From positions 19,654,001 to 19,718,000 of the forward strand of contig NC_092674.1 of NCBI RefSeq assembly GCF_964355755.1: a DNA stretch of 64,000 nt, given 5' to 3'. The stretch comes from Antedon mediterranea. Taxonomy: Eukaryota > Animalia > Echinodermata. Shown piece by piece: positions 46,801-61,800 of the stretch; positions within the stretch are counted from its first letter, which is position 1; every line of letters starts with the position of its first letter. The notes beneath the pieces were generated by a model that had not been told where the DNA came from, did not search any database, and was given only the letters and a program-made list of their open reading frames with translations. The position numbers and the translations under genes are program-made.

Positions 46801-49800
46801 ATGATGTCCCTAAGAGCCTAATGTGTGTCATTAGAAAAACATTTTCTTTGTATTTTGTCTAAAGTATCTCTACATAGAGCAAGACCTTTTTATTTATTAT
46901 CATTTAAAAATAAAAGAGCCGTGTATGCTAAATAAAACTATTACCTCAAAATACATTTCATACAAATGAATGTTTGGAAAGATTGACTGTTCTACAGTAT
47001 TTAGTTAAGCCAGTTAGGATTTCAGCTAATTTAAATCAAAGTTAATTGGTTATTCCAAAATTAAATTTTTAATTTATAATGCTTTTTCCCTAACTAGTGG
47101 CAACTAGTACTTTAGCATTTGGAGTGAACCTTCCAGCTCATTTAGTGATTATTAAATCAACACAACACTATGTATCTGGTCAATATAAAGAGTACAGTGA
47201 GTCTCAGGTGATTCAGATGATGGGCAGGGCAGGCAGGCCTCAGTTTGATACCTCAGCTTCGGTAGTCATTATGACTAAAAACCAAACCAAGGTATGTTAT
47301 TCAGCTTTATACCTTTATGTACACTGTATTCGATAGTATATCCCTCTGTAGGTGAAGTGGATCGTCGAACACCTTGGGGGTGATGATCACCACAAATCCA
47401 GTGGTGCAGCAAATGATTCACAACATCGGATGCAGGACATCACATTTGTGCTGTCGTCCGCTGTGTTTATTTAGTTCTGCAGCACAAAGATCCAATGTCC
47501 ACTACCACTTTAAGGTTATATTGTTTATAGTATGGTGTACTCTTTTATGCATTGAGTATATTCTCTAATGGGGTAACCAGAAATCAAATGCTAGTTTTGC
47601 TCACATTACATTAGAATTCTTTGGAATTTGGAATTGTTTTTTTTTTATATTAAATGATCTTAATATTGAAATGTATTTTAATACAATTTCAGGCTAAATA
47701 TGAGAGTTTAACTGCTGGTGAAAAATACCTTGAAAGCAGGTTAGATTTCTTCTTTTTCCTTGTGTATTTCATTATTTTCAACCAGTTGAACAAAAATTAT
47801 CAAGAAGCAAGTCACAATATTATCCTGATCTGACAAAAAAAGTATATTCTTTAGGTTTGTATTGTGAATAAACACTAGTAAAATTTAAGGTGACGTCAAC
47901 TTAGACTAAGCTACTTTAATATAACTCATCTTTACTGGTCTATTCTTCAGAGATTGTTGTGGCATAAACAACCAAAACATCAACACATTCTCCACCATAA
48001 TTTAATTTATTTCCTTTTGGTGTGCTGCAAACCTAACTTTACTAAGTAAAATATCCTAACAAAAAATACAATTGTCGAAATTTGTTTAAAAATAATTTTA
48101 GATCATTAACAATTGTTTTTAACTGACTTTTATTGTTTTTTGTTATACACTACAGTTTGCATACCCGTTTGATTGAGCATCTAAATGCAGAAATTGTTCT
48201 GCATACAATCAATGATATAAGTATTGCCTTAGAATGGCTTAAGTCAACTCTGCTGTATGTACGTATTCGTAAAAATCCAACTCATTATGGCATTGTTCAA
48301 GCCACTGCTTCCCAAGATGACATTGAAAAACATCTGATGGGTAAGTTACAGTACACTCATTATGGCATTCAAGCCACTGCTTCCCATGATGACATTGAAA
48401 AACATCTGATGGGTAAGTTACAGTACACTACATTCACAATATTCATTCATGTCATGACTTTTGAGCAAAAATGGGAAAATTAAGATAGTCCAATTAAGTT
48501 TTTTACTACAATAGTTGCATTAAATTTCAGGTACAGGCATGAATTTTAAATATAATATCTGGTCAATTGTACATAAATCAAATATTTGTAATAGAAATAC
48601 GAAAAAAGATGAATTTCTCTTAAAATGGTAAAATACAAAATTTGGCAAAATTCTGCTATAAAAACCAGGAAGACTTTATTTCAGTAGTTAAGTAGTTTAA
48701 CCTAATGTAATAACATGTCTGTATGTGAAAAAAGATGGTGGGTATACGGTGGATAATTTTTGATATAGCATGAAAATAAAACTCTCAAACAAGTTGAATA
48801 AAAATACTAGAAACGTAATATTCAAGTTATATTACCTATATTTAGTCATCTGATAACATTTTTTACCACACCGTTTATTTTTCATAGTTTTTTAAAAACT
48901 CCCAAGAATTATGAAACATAGAGGAAATTATAGATTGATAATTATTGGAATGTATGATCAAAATCAGAAATTTTTTGCCCGTGACTGGCCTTTATAAGGG
49001 AGTGTTTCCACATGTGGTTGATCCAAAAAATGACAGGAGTGAAGCACTTAAAAGCTTTATTGTTACAACACACCTAGCAATTTACTCCTTTCTCCCTGTT
49101 TAGTTTTTCTCTTTTTATAAATACAAAATATTTCAGGTATTTGTGTGAGTGACTTGAACAGACTTTCTGGTATTGGAGCAATCAATATGGATGATGAGGG
49201 ATTTGATGTGAAACCCACAGGTAAAGCTATAGTATAACAATAATTATATTCATTTGAGCTTATTTGATGTGAAACCCACAGGTAAAGCTATAGTATAACA
49301 ATAATTATATTCATTTGAGCTTATTTGATGTGAAACCCACAGGGAAAGCTATAGTATAACAATAATTATATTCATTTGAGCTTATTTTATATAATACTGT
49401 AGATATCATTGATTTGTAGTTGTTACTGAATATTGAAATATGTTTTTTTCTTAAGATATTGGTCAGCTGATGGCTAGATATTGTATTTCTTTTGATACAA
49501 TGAAAACATTTTGTAACATTAAAGGAGATGTAGACCTTGAAGAAATGGTAAGTTAATAGCTGTATGCTACAATTACTGTAAATTAAATTTATATATTTTA
49601 TCATTTAACATAAATTAGAAAACATTTTGATTCCTGCCCAATACATTTGATTTTTCTCAGACTTTCTTTAAAGCCCAGGTACAGGCATGAATTTAAAATA
49701 TAATATCTGGTTAATTGTACATAAATCAAATATTTGTAACAGAAATCAAGACGAAAAAACATGAATTTCCCTTAATATGGTCAAATACAAAATTTGGCAA

Positions 49801-52800
49801 AATTCTGCCATAAAAACCAGGAAGACTTTTTTTCAGTAGTTAGGTAGTTTAACCTAATATAATAACATGTCTGGTGACTCCCTAGAAGGTGAAAAAAGAT
49901 GGTGGATGTACAGTGGATAATTTTTGCTATAGCATGAAAATAAAAATCTGAAGTTGAATAAAAATACCAGAAATGTAAAATTCAAGTTATATTACCTATA
50001 TTTAGTCATCTGATAATATTTTTTACCACACCGTTTATTTTTCATAGCTTTTTAAAATGCCTCTCTATTTACAAAATTTGTGTACAAAAGAATAGAGATT
50101 TTACTGTGTAATTTGATCTATCCCCCACTGATAAGAAAGTGCTTATTTTCAACAAGCTCGTGTAAAACAAATAAAATCCCAAAGATTTTGAAACATAGGG
50201 GAAACTATAGATCAATAATTATTGGAATGTATGATCAATAGAAATTTTTTGCCCGTGTGGCGACTGAATAAACCACATAGACAAAAATATCTAGGAGAGC
50301 TATTATTTCACTTTTAATTCGAAAAATCCAAACAATTCAGAATTTAAATGACAGTGACAACAGCCCACCTAATATGCCCAACTCGCTGGTTCACTCCTAG
50401 AATGAAACATAGTAAGTTATAGTTATACACAGTATATTAAAGCCCCATTCCCTACGTTTTTTAGATCTAATTTAAGATCACAAACTATATTTAATGTAAA
50501 AATAATACTATATGGTCCTATTGCGATAACTTTTTTCGTCTTTAAACGGTTAAAAATGTGAAAAATAAGTCGATTCTAATAATTATAGCGGCCCGCTATA
50601 AATCCCAAAATGCATTGCGCGCGGATTGATATTTTTGTTTTTCTTCTGTAATTCACCCACTTTTCGATTGATCGTGAGGCCAAAACAAATGGAAGACTCC
50701 TAACTTTTCAGCGAAAATACCGGGTTTTCCCCCAATTTGTATCAACGGAGTCTGGCAAAAATAGAAAGACAATTAATGCAGCAACTATACAACGTCAGGC
50801 TAGGTATATAGCTCGCGTACGATGTTCGTACGTTACCGATGTTTACCAGCTAGGCCTACAAAACTAAGCCTAGCTAGGCTAGGCCTAAGACCGTCCACGA
50901 GAGGTCGATCGCCGCGAGCTACTTAGGTAGTGCATTGTTTCTCACTTTTTATCATAATTTACCATAAAACGTACATTTAAGACAAGGAATGACATGGTTT
51001 AATGTTTTTAAAGTGATATATATGTATTATTTTCCAAAAAACGTCCAAAATTGCAGGGAAGGGGTCTTTAAATGATTTACTCAAAACGCTATGTCGGCAC
51101 ATATAAAGGTAGCTGCTAAATGATTTATATAAAGGTAATCGTACTCTATCCACTAAATTATAACAGTCAGAATTATTACTATCCTTTCAATCAATATCAA
51201 ACTTTAACACTATAATAGCAATACGTAAACAAAATAACATCGTAAAACTGACGCTTTCAACGGAAACAAGTCTCAACAAGTAAAACCGTTCAAGCGTGAC
51301 AGCAGAGAACACATGGAGTGTGTCCATCTCTTGCACAACGATGCATCTTAACTTATTAACGTTACAGTCCAACCTAAATATCCTCTTATGTCTAAATGCG
51401 CAAGTATAGTATTAACTTCACATAATAATGCCTTGCGTATATCAACAATTGTTACTCTTACATGATGATCGTGAATCGAAACAGTGTTCGCAATTAACAT
51501 AGATAATCTCTTTTCTGTTACCATCGAGTAATAATTATCTATTCATAATATGGCACGCCATTATAGTTCAACGGCTAAACAACGTGGATCATCCACGACC
51601 TAATTTCGAAGGTAGGAGATCTGTACAAATATTAACAATACGTCATTTACTTACAGAAGGTTACAATATAACGTTTATGACTATAAGTAAAGTATAACTA
51701 ACTATCAGTATTTAATAAACAACTATGCAAGTCTGACTCAGCTCAATACTGGTTTACATGTTTTTCTCCGGTCACCCATGTGCGTTCCACTCTCCTCCAC
51801 CTCTAGAGGGCGCTACTCTTAATCTAATATATCACACCCGCACTTGGCCTTTAAGCTCTGTCTACACTATCAAACTAGTTTGACAAAAAAAGTGTGCTGT
51901 GCCCAAATATGGTATTTATATGACATCATCATGTCCATATGTGAACGCATCACATTTTGTTGTCGCATAAAGATGGATAGTATAGCAACAAAGCTTTAGA
52001 ATGTAGAGATAATTGGATAAAAATGTTGCATTCTGTAAGTGGCGGGCTTCCTGCTGTTGGATGTGAATGAATTAAAATATTAAATTAAAATAAAAAACAA
52101 ATTACAATTACATAATATCTTTATCTGAAGGTAAATATTTTATCATCTTGCCATGAGTTTGATGACATTAAACTTCGAATGAATGAGCGACGCCTGCTGA
52201 ACAGTCTCAACAAAGATGCCAATCACATAACCGTACGTTTCCCAATTGCTGGTAAAATTAAATCAACACAACTTAAAGTAAACTGGTAAGCATTTTTACT
52301 CAATTTATTAAAAACCTGTACTATAAGTGTTTAAATGTGCATATTACATTTCTAGAAATATATGACTATGATTAAGATAAAATGATATAAACATTCTATT
52401 TTATAAGTATTTTAAAGCCCCATTCCCTACGTTTTTTAGATCTAATTTAAGATCACAAACTATATTTAATGTAAAAATAATACTATATGGTCCTATTGCG
52501 ATAACTTTTTTCGTCTTTAAACGGTTAAAAATGTGAAAAATAAATCAATTCTAATAATTATAGCGGCCCGCTATAAATCCCAAAATGCATTGCGCGCGGA
52601 TTGATATTTTTGTTTTTCACCTGTAATTCGCCCACTTTTCGATCGATCGTGAAGCCAAAACAAATGGAAGACTCCTAACTTTTCAGCGAAAATACCGGGT
52701 TTTCCCCAATTTGTATCAACGGAGTCTGGTAAAAATAGAAAGACAATTAATGCAGCAACTATGCAACGTCAGGCTAGGTATATAGCTAGCGTACGATGTT

Positions 52801-55800
52801 CGTACGTTATCGATGTTTACCAGCTAGGCCTACAAAACTAAGCCTAGCTAGGCTAGGCCTAAGACCGTCCACGAGAAGTCGATCGCCGCGAGCTACTTAA
52901 GTAGTGCTTGTTTCTCACTTTTTATCATAATTTACCATAAAACGTACATTTAAGACAAGGAATGACATGGTTTAATGTTTTTAAAGTGATATATATGTAT
53001 TATTTTCCAAAAAACGTCCAAAATTGCAGGGAAGGGGTCTTTAAAGTAAGTTTTTTCATTTAAGTAGCATAATAAATCAAAATAATACAATAAAAACAAT
53101 ATATTTCTTTGTTTCAGTCTTATCCAGGCAACACTTGGGTGCTTACCTGTTCAAGAATTTGCTTTGCAGCAGGATGTCTTAAAGATTTTCAGAGTCGGGG
53201 CACGTGTCTCCAGGTGTAAGTTAGACCTTTGACAACAGAGTTAACTGTATCTTCAATATATGGGCCGAAATATTCAATACAGCAACCTTTCTATTTTAAA
53301 TTGACAGTGAAAAAAAAAAGTGAAATGGTTGTTTAATATAGATATAAGAAAACCGAAGGCTAGATCATTGACTCTAGTACATGGGAATTTACCAGCTAGG
53401 CCTACAAAACTTTCAGTAGCTAATAGCCTAGAAATGTCTACGAGAGAACTTTCGATGCGAGCTACTTAGGTATAAGTGCATTGTTTTTCGCTTTTTATCA
53501 TAATAACCTTAAAACGCACATTTAAGTCAAGAAATGACCTGGTTTAATGTTTTTAAAGTTATATATATATGCATTATTTTTATAAATCGTAAAACATTGC
53601 AGGTCTAGTGTCTTTAAACATTGCCGAAACAAGCCTGTAGAGAACTTCTCCATAAGATCACCTTCACTGCCACACCTAGCCTTTAGCTTTATATTATCCG
53701 TATGTTGTTGAATAACAGTTTTGTTGTTGTTGTGTCTGTTGCATGTAGGTTTGTATGAGATGATGCAACAAACAGGGAACTACAAGTCATTGCTAAATGC
53801 TGCATTTCTTGCCAAATGTTTCAAGGCTAAGCTATGGGAAAATAGTAGATATGTGAGCCGTCAGATTGAGAGGATAGGACCAACCCTGTCTACAGCATTA
53901 GTCAATGCTAACATTGGTAGCTTCAATAAATTGCTGGACACCAACCCCAGACAAATAGAATTGGTTTGTGATAGTTTAATTGATTTGATGAACCTTTTTT
54001 TATCAAAATAAAAACATATACAATTTAATATTGGAATTGTTTAAAGCAAATTAAATAATAAATTTAGGTGAAATCACTTTTCTCTTCTTTTTGTTACCAC
54101 CCTGAACCACATTCCAAGATATTTCCTATTATGATGTTAAATTTTCCTTTCCTTGTAGTTAATTTAATCTTATTTACATGTGTGTGTCTAGATTGTTAAT
54201 CGTCATCCTCCTTTTGGAAATCAGATTCATGATGCTGTTTCTCGTCTACCTATATACAAAGTTGAAGTGTCGCAGGTAAGAAATAAGTTTAATAACATTA
54301 TAACATTTTGCCATACCTAAAATCAAATAATGGAGGGTGCATAACGCAATTTAACCGGTTATTTTAAAATAGATTAAAAATAGATAACAATAACAAGACC
54401 GCGTTTCTGCTCAATAGAGAGGTTTCGCAATCTTAAGAATACGATAACGAAAACGGATACGTCACGCACACTTATTCGTTTTCGTAAGCCAGTAAAAATC
54501 TGTTTCGCATGGTATCGAAATATTGAGGGCGCCGTCCAAAATATGACTGCGGTAAATTTGAGCGAAGAGAAGTAAAAGTACGTGTTGCTTGGTGCTTTGC
54601 TGCCTAGGCCTAGCGTAACGTCAAAGCGAGTGAGGACTTTAAAAACTGCTATTTATCTAAATTGACCTGGCATTTTAGTAAATTACTTTAGTAAATTACT
54701 TTCAATAAATCTATAATTATATTATAATCATGAATCATTCCTAATTCAAATGCAAAATGTGCAAACTAGATCAAAATCTATACTCGTTTTGTAGTTACGA
54801 ATATGACTGGTGATATTCGTCAACACGAATACGCTTTACGAATATGAAATGGGGATAAGCTCAAAAGTTTCACAAATGTATGACGTATCCGTTTTCGTTA
54901 TCGTATTCGTAAGGTTGCGAAACCTCCCTATTTTGTGCTCCGAAATAACCGGTTAAATCTATGGGTGGTCGTCGAGTAAAACGTCATCATTACCAAAAAT
55001 GCAATACACTCAGACGGAAGTAGTGAGTTGGCTGTTTGTTTACATCGACGTCAGTACACACGTGTGTGATATCGTCGAACATCTCAAACATGTTAACATA
55101 ATAAAATGTTGTCTCCAGGTCTACAAGTTTTGTTTTTTGTAAAGCCTACTTACCATCACTAATAAAATTAATTCTCATGCCGCCTTCAATAAACATGGGG
55201 AGGGTCGTGCAGCGTCCGATCGCCTAGGATAATTATTATCTAGCCTCATTCCTCAAAAAGGCGATGTCATACGGCCCTCTTCCCACGTTGAACGACTGTT
55301 GTCTTTCGTGAGCGCGGTCCTACTAAACACCAAACGGAAACAAAAACGAGACTCAGAATGTTGCAATACCTACCAAACGAGAGTATATAATTGTTAATTA
55401 ATTATGAAAACCCAACTTTCATAGCAAAAATCGTCCGAATTTATGTTAAAAACGATGAGTTTAGCCGCAAAAACTTAAATCAAACGAGTGTATCCAAGTC
55501 ATAGAATATCGCACGCACATAGTGCCTTTAATAGAATAATGAGTGTTGAACATTAATTCGTATATTTACGTACATACATATGTACTAACATAAATAATAG
55601 CACATTTCTATGCTTAATAAAATCATATTTAATGTATTATCAAAGACTCTGATAACCTTTGTTTTCGGTCGATGTGATGTTTTTATAAAAAATGATGATG
55701 TAAAACGAAAAGTAAGATTGTTCATTGTTCTCCTATTAAATGCACTAGGGCGTGCCATAAATACGTCGCTCGTTTGGTTTCAGTTTTTGTTGCTAAATTC

Positions 55801-58800
55801 ATCGTTTTTAACATAAATTCTGACGTTTTTTGCTATAAAATTTGGGTTTTCATAATTAATTAACCATTATCTATTCTCGTTTGGTAGGTATTTGCAACAT
55901 TCTGAGTCCCTTTTGTTTCCGTTTTGGTATTTATAGGACCATAGGCATATCCTTCGCGAGGGGTGTGTTGAAAGCGACGACCTCGAATTGGACGACCTCA
56001 ACGACTCAGGCGACCTCGAATTGGGCGACCTCGAATTGGACGACCCATAACACGAAACCGACGACCCCTTTTGCCTAGCCTAGCCTAGGCCTAGATGTGG
56101 TGTAACATCCCGAAGCCGAACATAGCCGAAGATTAAACCATACCTTATATAATACTCGCAAGCAAGCAATTGATGGAAAAAATACAGAAATATCGCCATT
56201 TGATACTACTGAATGTGTCGACACGAACAAACAAACAGATATGGAACGCCAAGAGTGCATCATTTTAAAACTGCATTCGACATATTAAAAATAAATTAAA
56301 AAGAAATAAATACATTACACGGTTAAACCATGGACGTATAATTATAACAAACACTATAGGCCTACCAAACAGCGTGTTGCGAACATGTGCATGGGGAGGG
56401 CCATAAGAAAGCTTTACATTTCACATGCATTGTATACGGTCAAACCTTACCCGCCGCTGAAAAGGGGGATGTTTTGACCTGGTTTGCCATGTTTATGATA
56501 TTTCGTGTGCTAATCATCGAGTCGAATGCAGTTTTAATGATGCACTCTTGGCGTTCCATATCTGTTCGTTTGTTCGTGTCGACACATTCAGTATCAAATG
56601 GCGATATTTCTATATTTTTTCAATCAATTGCTTGCTTGCAATAAGGTATGGTTTAAAGATCTTTGGCTATGTTCGGCTTCGGGATGTTATACCACACTTA
56701 GGGTATGTTCAGACTCACGGAGTTACGGTGGAGTTATCTACGCAAGGCGTACGGTAATCCGTGGCGTTAAAAGTCAAGGTGTTCAGACACAACGATTAGC
56801 ATTCCAAACGTCTTGCGTTTAAAGCGGAAGTTCCGTCATACCGAAACGGCCGATGGGATACATACACACAATTACAACAACAGAGCTGAGAGTGACACGC
56901 GCGAAAGTTTACAACACTAGCTAGGCCTAGCAATATAATACAATGTTACCTTCAAATGTAATGGTTTTTTTGCCGATTTTTTTGCAAATCCTTACAGAAG
57001 ATAGTCATTTCGAACATAATTATTACACGGACAATGACTTTGCCATTATTTGTATGATTTTAATTAATTTTGTGAAATCATGTCGCCGACGCCAACTTCG
57101 TCAGGAAGAATTTTGCAGTTTAGATGCATTTTCTTTAAAAACAGCCATCTTGTTGCCGGCGCTAGCTTTCCAATTTCTAATTTTTATCTTGTCTATAAAT
57201 TCAGGGCTGCCCCATAATGAAATCAAATCAGCAACTTCTGTACTTTTCCATGTAACACGTTTCATTTTAATTCGAATGTTGCTGTTGATCTACTAGCTCG
57301 AGGAACAGGCTATATTGTTTTGCTATTAAAAAAAACCTCGCGAATAGACTGCTGCTAATTGCGGTCGTGTCTTTTCATTGGCTGACGTTGACCGGAGGTT
57401 GAAATCACTGATGCATCAATGGATTAGCCTTATGAAATCTACCCTCTCCCGCTGGAGTTATTAACGCCACTGGCGCGGAGTAACAGCTCCCTAACGCTAA
57501 TCCGCGGCATGGTTCAGACACAAAAATATGTACGCCGCGTACATAACTCCACCGTAACTCCGTGAGTCTGCACATACCTTTAGGCCTAGGCTAGGCTAGG
57601 CTAGGGGTCGTCGGTTTCGTGTTATGGGTCGTCCAATTCTAGGTCGTCCAATTCGAGGTCGCCCGGGTCGTTGGGGTCGTCCAATTCGAGGTCGTCGCTT
57701 TCTACACACCCCCTTCGCGAGCGTGTATTAACGCCTCAAATTGTTTAGCTTGGGTAGTCCGGAAACTCCACCCCGAATTCCTCTTTTACTTTCGCAAAAA
57801 TGCTCTTATATATCTGTGAATCTTTTCTATTGCCTGCCATCCTTCCCCGTACTTTCTCTTCCCCACACAACTGAATAACATATCTTGTGATTTCATTCAT
57901 CCACATACATGTTCACTTCTTCGTTCGACTGTCAAAACCACGAGGAAAACACACATGGTACGCGACGGTATCTGACCCGAGGTCACAACTGTCAATCAAA
58001 TAACCGTTATTTCGTGTTGCAGCTAAGAATTGCTCAGCGATAACCGGTTAAACGGCGTTCTAACACCAATTTAAATTGGTGTTTTTGGTGTTTTATTTTG
58101 CGCTGCCTTTTAACCGGTTACCAAAAATGTGTCCTGTTTCTGCTGGCAAGAAAATAGAGTTATTTTATTCACACCGATTTTAATTTATTCACACCGATTT
58201 TAACCGGTTATTTTTATGCAGCAGAAACAGGCCCTAAAGAAAAAATATTAGTATTAAATTGCCTCCTTTAGACATGAGTAGGATATCACAAGCAGACACT
58301 GGTGCTACGTTTAATCTTAAAAAGAAATTATTTACTGGATTTACATGTATATAGCGCCTAATGTTGTGAAATCTTTAAGCGCTGAACATTATTATCCCAG
58401 TCATTTTTTTTTTTTAATCAAACATTGTATGGAAACATACTCCCATAATGCAGCTAGTAATCAACGCAAAGTTGTTTCTTGATCTAACTTGGTTTTCATT
58501 TATACAGCTGGGTGGGGAGAGGCAAACGTAAGTATAAAAGTATCTTGCCTAAGGATACAAACAATGCGGCGACAGTATGATATGAAACTTGTGGTCTTAT
58601 CATTTTTATAGCAGTAAGAGAATTTTGTTCTACTTTTCAGTCTGACAAACATGCAAGTTCCTCAGCTGAAATAACTGTGACCATCTGCCTTGAGAACAGA
58701 GAGACGTTGCAACAAGCATCAAACAGCTATCATTGCTCATTGCTACTCATTGGCAATGCAGATGATGAAATCATCATCAAGAAAAAGATCATGTATGCTA

Positions 58801-61800
58801 TTAATTTTCCATTTGTCATAGAAGTATAAGAATCATAGTAGGCTATCACAAAACACTTTTATACTATTGCACACTACTATGGTATATGCGTGTATTTTTA
58901 TCTTTACTCTATTCCATCCATTTTATTCATTGCTATGTTTTAGTATATTCATTATCATATCTGTTGTAATATCTGAAGGGACTCCACATTAATAAACAGC
59001 ATAGTGTGGAGTAGGACATTAACATTACAACGAGCTAAATCTGGTGATGACATTACTATTCATTACATTAGTCAAGAATATGGTGAGTGGCATTTATAAT
59101 CTCAAATATTTTCTACAGCTAAAGAACAGTGGTTGACACAAAGAAAAATCTTGTATTTAAAACAGAAACAAATGTGATATGAACTCCACATTGTCACAAA
59201 TAGAACTTTACTTCATTCTTCATTATCATCATATATGATCAATAATTACCATATATACTAATATATAGATCGGACCCATAACAAGTTCTTGTGCTTTGTC
59301 GGCCCAGCAGCCAACCTGCCTCCTATTGTTTCCCCGACATCTAGGAGAGCAAGACAGGATTTGCAATTCTTGTATAAATGTCTTACTCCTAAGTTTGATT
59401 GTAATCTTGTTTCGTTGTTTTATTTTAATGTTCCTGTTCGTAATCTTTGTAGTAAACCCTTTCTTCGTGTTAAATTTTCTCGTGTCAATATTTGTGAAAA
59501 TGGTATTTTCTGTAGACTCTCGTCTTTGTACAATTCATGTCTTTTAAAAAATAATTCTTTAGATATCTTTAACTGTAATTTCTCTCAATTTAAATGTAGT
59601 AATAATGAAATTATTTAAATAATCTTATTGACATTTTTGTATATATTTATAATGGCTTATATTTATAGTTTAGTTATTTTATTTTCAACCTGTTATTGGT
59701 GTTTTACACTGTTGGCTTGAAATAAAGAATACTTCAATGGTTTTGGACAAATTATACTTACTAGATGGCACGCTCGCTTCGCTCGCGTACCATCTAGGTC
59801 GTGCCCACAGATGGTTCTCGAATACACAGTATTTCCAGCGAGAAAAAAATGGAGATTTCAAATGTACGTACCGAAGGACTATAATACATTGTCGTTTACA
59901 GAAACGAATAAATATACACAATGATTTATGTAGTCAACCAAAATTAGCACCCTGGGAATTACTTCCGAGAGAGAAACAAAATGAGTCAAATTTTTTTATT
60001 TGGACTCGTTTAAACAAACCCAATTTGTGTTTTGTATGTAACATTAAGGGTTGAGGGATGAGGGAAGAAGATAGGTACAAAGAGGAAACATTTTAAAATA
60101 TATTCTTATCCACTCAGTAACGAAATATTGTTTTTAATGTTTTATAGGCCTATAAATAATATACCACTAAATACAGTAAAACATTTACGATTTAATACGG
60201 TACTTTGTTAAAACTCTCACTGTCATAGTCGATTGAAATAGTAAAGTACATGTAACGATACACCACTACGACGTTTATATATTTTTAAATTATTAATTAA
60301 TACAAACGTTGAGAAGCAACTGTCAGTAATAACGTTTATTTATTTGTATATTATATGTTTATAATCTAACAGTAGGGCCTACCCACACTCACAGTAATAA
60401 AGTTTATTTGTATATATTTTTATATTACATCTAACAGTACCAACACTCACAGTAAGAAATTTGCGATTCAAATTGCGATCAAAAGTGGTTAATACCTTAA
60501 CAGTATTGTACAGCATTGCAATACTATTTATGTTTATTCTCCAAGGGGCCCATAAATCTAAATCTATACCTCTATGGTTAAACCAAATAATTTGGAATGT
60601 TTATTTGTATATTATATGTTTATAATCTAACAGTAGGGCCTACCCACACTCACAGTAATAAAGTTTATTTGTATATATTTTTATATTACATCTAACAGTA
60701 CCAACACTCACAGTAAGAAATTTGCGATTCAAATTGCGATCAAAAGTGGTTAATACCTTAACAGTCTTGTACAGCATTGCAATACTATTTATGTTTATTC
60801 TCCAAGGGGGCCCATAAATCTAAATCTATACCTGTATGGTTAAACCAAATAATTTGGAATGTTCCATTCATCACAAATCAATACATTTGTAAAAACGTAT
60901 ATTAAATGTATCAAAATAGTATTTTTTAAAGAAAATCGGCCTGTCTTCAACATTATGATGCTGTACTCGAACTGTTCAACCAGTTTTCAGCTATTAAAAA
61001 CAATTATCGTAGGAGGAGATAGGAAAATGCGAAGCCTCCTCGCATTTTTGTGGCGGGTATTTTTCAAGATGGACATCCATTAGACAGTGTATACCACGAT
61101 CGGAAAACACCCCTATTTGGGGCAAATCGTTGAACCTAAATTCGTTTTAATCGTCAATAACTAATTATCTAACTTAATTTAATTAGTAAACAGGGTTACA
61201 TCAGGTGGTTAAAATCAGTACCGAAAGTACGAACCAACTTTATATACCATCGAGTAAAAATTCTAGAAGTAAGGCGCGATTTACCGAATTTTGCCCTTAC
61301 GTAAATTTATATATAGATACCATTTTACTAATGTAAATATGTTCAGTATTCTTTTTTTTTTGCCTTAATAGAAAAAATGTAATGTACTGTATAATACATT
61401 TTCAAATAGGATACAGCATTTTTTCAATATGTTCTTATTCACACATATGTATACAAAATATAATGTATAATAAAGTTTCTATATTGTTTTTTATATTTTA
61501 TGTCTATTAAATTAATGTTTTTATTTGGTAGTACAGAATAGTGTTGGATTGTTAACACACAATCTTCATACAGTATAATATGGGATCATAGCTTGCTGTG
61601 CTTATGTGTGAGCAATGAACTCACTTTAGATTAACAGAAGAAATTATGTATATTATTATTATGGATGTAATTTGTGATTGTTATGCTTTTAGTTGGTTTA
61701 GATGTACAGCAAACCCTTACCTTAGAATACTTAAAAACAAGATATTCAACACACTTTACGCAAGGAAGTCAACAACCTACACTTAAAACATTTATGAAAC

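Larger units (their letters stand above)
49672..51850 (+). mobile_element. Kolobok-like MITE family 1, copy 3, interrupted in its right TIR
   Basis: TTAA at 49668-49671 and 51851-51854; the end GCCCG|CACTTGGCCT is split by a 1.58-kb insertion. Confidence 0.7.
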
